DNA from: Selaginella moellendorffii
Lineage: Eukaryota > Plantae > Lycopodiophyta
Reading direction: 5' to 3'
Assembly: GCF_000143415.4 (NCBI RefSeq)
Contig: NW_003314264.1
Location: 265,492-329,491 of the forward strand
Length of the DNA: 64,000 nucleotides
Position numbers and translations under genes: made by a program. Below, piece after piece: positions 60,501 through 64,000 of the stretch. The notes beneath the pieces were generated by a model. That model was not told the origin of the DNA. It worked only from the letters and a program-made list of their open reading frames with translations, and did not search any database. Every line of letters starts with the position of its first letter. The first letter of the stretch is position 1.

Positions 60501-63500
60501 ACTTAGTGGGGACTGACAGAGGGATATTGGGGAAGGCTATTCCCCTTGTCGGTGGGCATCCTAAGGATGCTAAGGAGTGGATCTGAGATGACCACTCACG
60601 GATGGTATGCCTAGTCTTGGGGAGCCAAGATTGTGATGCAAGTGGTATTGGACTACCAGTGTGGCAAAGGTGATTGGGCATGGCCTTAGCGTAACGGGCT
60701 GCTATGTCGGTGGTACCTTTGAGTGTCGGTCATGGGATCGGACACGTGGAGCACTTAGACCAAGAGCAAATGTTGAGTGGCATGGATGCCATTCTCGGGG
60801 CTAGCAAGTCCCAAGTCCTGGATTGGACTTATGGAGGTTGTGAATGAGACTCCTCCAAGTGGTCGGAGATGTGGTTAAGTGACTAAAGTAGAATGGAAAA
60901 TTTAGTCGCTTACACTCCGTATATGCATCTACGGACGGCATCACCCAAGATGCTTGGCGTGACTCCCCACGCCGGTGCACCAACTTATACTCAAAGCGCG
61001 CTATAAATCACAGCTTAGGAACCTAGTTCTTCCACACTGCCAAGTCCTCTTACTTGACAAGTCTGTGATCATGCATGGACTCCTCTATGCTTGGCCCCAT
61101 GGCCCACCCTTTTTGAAGTTATCACCTTCAACTAGGGTATTTGTTCCCCTGACTTGCCAATCTCACTTTGGCAAGTCCTCCGACCATTATAACATGGTTC
61201 CTGCACAAGCGTGAAAGCCCTTGATCATCGACTTTTGTTCAAAGCCCTTTCTTTGAACACTCGGGAACTACTTCCCTAACCTTGATAGCCTTGCCTCATG
61301 GCAAGCTTCAAGACCACGCTTCTGCTGCGCCACTCTGATTTCGCGCATTCTTTGAACCATTTATGCTTGGCCTTTCTAGGTACTAAGCTACCTAGAATCA
61401 TTTTTGGGAACCTTGAAAGAACTCTGTCCCTTAACTTGCTAAGGCCTCCCTTTTTGCAAGCTTTCCAATTACCATATAGTCTAACATGGACAATTCCATA
61501 TTTTAGACTCTCCATGGCATCACGGTTGCTAGTGGCAACACCCTCGAGCCCCCACTTGATTCTCCACTCCCAACTGGCATAACCAACCTTGGTTATGCCC
61601 TTTGATTCCTATGGTTTGGTTTTACCCCCATACTTCTTGCTTTTGGCTTCACACCTTTCCTTCGGTCATTCTCCTCCAGACCAAGAGGATAGCTTTGCAC
61701 TTTCTATCATGCCTTAGCAAGTATTCTTAAGGATGAACCTACCCGATAGCCTAGGGAGTGGTTCCTCAATCCAGGTGTGCTCACCCTATAATCCCACACA
61801 CCGAGATTACGTTGTTGCTTATGGGCCTTTACATGCCCATCGTTAGCCTTGCCAAAATTCCATTTTTGGCTTTGTTCAATTCAAGTAGACAGTTTTCTCC
61901 TGTCTCCGCCACCTTGGACATTTGGATAGCACCTTCTATCCATCATTCGCTAGGGACTTAGCCCCTTGGGCCTTATCTATTGCCCTCGTGATATCAAACA
62001 CCACCTCCTGGTGTTCTAGAGTGTTCGGGTTTCCCAATGACGGCTTCCTTGACAATGAGTATTTCCTTTCATGACATTAACTTACTATATCGCAACATAA
62101 GCAACTTATCCCCCATAAGGGTATATCCAATTTCCTTATGCCATTAAGAAGGCTTGGGTAGCTACCTTCTACCTGTTTAACCAATTATTTTACACCTTTT
62201 GCTTAGTTGCCTCATAGTTGTCAAGTCCTACAACTCATTGCTGGTGCTTCCACACCTCCATCATTATCTGGGTCACCACACTCCAATTGCATGCTCTGCA
62301 GCTTAGGCTATGCCATTCCCATTTCCATTGGGATTCCTTTGGCAAGGGGTTCTTATGAGCCCACCAACATAGCCTCAAGGTATCACACCTTGGCACATTT
62401 GGTGTCTCCACACCATCGGCTCCACGAGCCTACCTCTATGACACTTCTTCTTTGTGTCTAAGTCTTTGCCAAGACCAATACCACTCTTTTTTATGCCAAC
62501 CATCCATTAGCACTGCACCATAGAAGTCACACACAACTTTGTTTCAAAGTTGTTTTCTTTTTGGGAACACCCTTCCCATAACTTTAGCATGGCACATTTT
62601 GCTATCGATAAGATACCCTTTATTCTCATCCTTGGATCCTATGATCCCCCCCATCCTTCGTGGGGTACCACACACTTTAGTCCAAACGCTTCCATCAGTC
62701 CTTTAGGACCATTTCTTGACTCTACTTGAGTCATCCAGCAGTTTTGGACTTGGTTAATCCACAGACCTGTAAGGTCCTACTTGTCGGGCACTAGCTCACT
62801 GGAATACACTTCTGGCATTCATGTCCTCACTTACAAGGACTATTTTCATAAGTGTTACTCTGACACTTGATTTTGTTCTCTGGGGCAACCTTTGCCCCTT
62901 AGGACTACTTGTCCATGTGATGAGAATACCAACTCATCTCTAAGTACACCCCCCAACTCCTTGGGTTGTTCCAGCATTTATTAAAGGTAGCCCCGGCTAC
63001 CATTTCAAGGACTTGAGTCCTCTTCCGTATTTGACCTTCCACAGTCATTACTTTTGGTCTCACATTCATGAGTACCAACCTAAACTATATGAGGATAATC
63101 TTGTGACTCCTTTATTGCTTTGGAGTCTTTATCTTTCCCGTGATCCTAACTATAGTTGTTTATCACAACTACGTTAGCCCGTTTGTTGCGTCAAACACTC
63201 ATTTGGATCACATCCTCAGCTCTCTAAGGAAATCTTATACTGTTCCCAAGATCCCAAAGTCATTCCATTATTGGCCCTTTTCTATCCACCACCTTGTACC
63301 GAAGTTCACGCATGAACTTGAGTGGAGAGCCATGTCTTCTCGACATGCTACTCCTCAAGGATAAGCCCACTTCTAGGACCTTCCGATGCCAACATCAATG
63401 GTGATATACTTGAGCACCAATAAAAGTCGGACTAAGGAACAGCTTTGATACCAAGTTGTAAGCGACTAATTTTTCCATTCTACTTTAGTCACTTAACCAC

Positions 63501-63623
63501 ACCTCCGACCACTTGGAGGAGTCTCATTCACAACCTCCATAAGTCCAATTCAGGACTTGGGACTTGCTAGCCCCGAGAATGGCATCCATGCCACTCAACA
63601 ATTGCACTTGGTCCAAGTGCTCC

Positions 63624-63783
63624 ACGTGTCTGATCCCATGACCGACACTCAAAGGTACCACCGACATGGCATCTTGTTACGCTAAGGCCATGCCCAATCA
63701 CCTACGTGTCTGATCCCATGACCGACACTCAAAGGTACCACCGACATGGCATCTTGTTACGCTAAGGCCATGCCCAATCACCT
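63624..63783. repeat. Perfect 80-bp tandem duplication inside the host 5' LTR
   Basis: 63624-63703 = 63704-63783; single copy in the partner LTR (~50027-50106). Confidence 0.92.
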
Positions 63784-64000
63784 TTGCCACACTGGTAGTC
63801 CAATACCACATGCATCCCAGTCTTTGGCTCTCCAAGACTAGGCAAACCATTCGTGAGTGGTCAGCTCAGATCCACTCCTTAGCATCCTTAGGATGCCCAC
63901 CGACAAGGGGAATAGCCTTCCCCAATATCCCTCTATCAGCCCCCACTAAGTCCCTTTCTGCCCCTGGCCGTGTTTGCCAACACTACCACTGGTTCGAGGC

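Larger units (their letters stand above)
53156..60914 (+). mobile_element. Intact young non-autonomous LTR retroelement (7759 bp, LARD-like, probably Ty3/gypsy-derived)
   Basis: LTRs 53156-54973 and 59073-60914 (TG...CA, nearly identical); TSD CTCCG at 53151-53155 and 60915-60919; PBS TGGTATCGGAGC at 54977-54988; PPT GGGTGGTGGAGT at 59061-59072; 4.1-kb internal region with no long ORF and a faint integrase-tail-like VVWLG..NKLCP. Confidence 0.95.
49861..64000 (-). mobile_element. Non-autonomous LTR retroelement (host copy), interrupted at 53156-60914; its 5' LTR runs off the window
   Basis: 3' LTR 49861-51591 (TG..CA); PPT complement ACTCCACCACCC at 51592; internal 51592-53155 plus 60920-63456; tRNA-Met(i) PBS complement GCTTTGATACCA at 63442-63453; 5' LTR from 63457. 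Confidence 0.92.

Overview
Eukaryotic, land-plant nuclear DNA. The very short (~50-60 bp) introns, extreme gene compaction and plant-type orthologues are most consistent with the lycophyte Selaginella (inference). There are three zones. (1) 1-16.4 kb is a TE zone. It holds a two-gene Mutator-like (MULE) DNA transposon: a GCM/WRKY-like Zn finger + DDE + SWIM transposase, divergently paired with a ParB/Srx-like-domain gene across a 169-bp palindromic tandem array. It also holds decayed LTR remnants and short 5S-rRNA-bearing (Cassandra-like) LTRs. (2) 17-46 kb is a dense block of about 15 intron-containing genes: IQCE-like coiled coil, LRR-RLK, UNC-50, otubain, MED27, HEN2/MTR4, a catalytically dead Harbinger/ALP1-like gene, UAH, a CCHC knuckle protein, RimP-like, UXS, RBM34-like, mTERF2, NCA1 and Tudor-SN. 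Several are separated by only 6-60 bp. (3) 48-64 kb is a nest of non-autonomous LTR retroelements: an intact young 7.76-kb copy (TSD CTCCG) sits in an oppositely oriented copy of the same family, which sits in a third LTR of that family. The family carries a conserved cluster of RNA hairpins with twin tRNA T-loop/B-box motifs. Gene names rest on recalled family motifs, not database searches.
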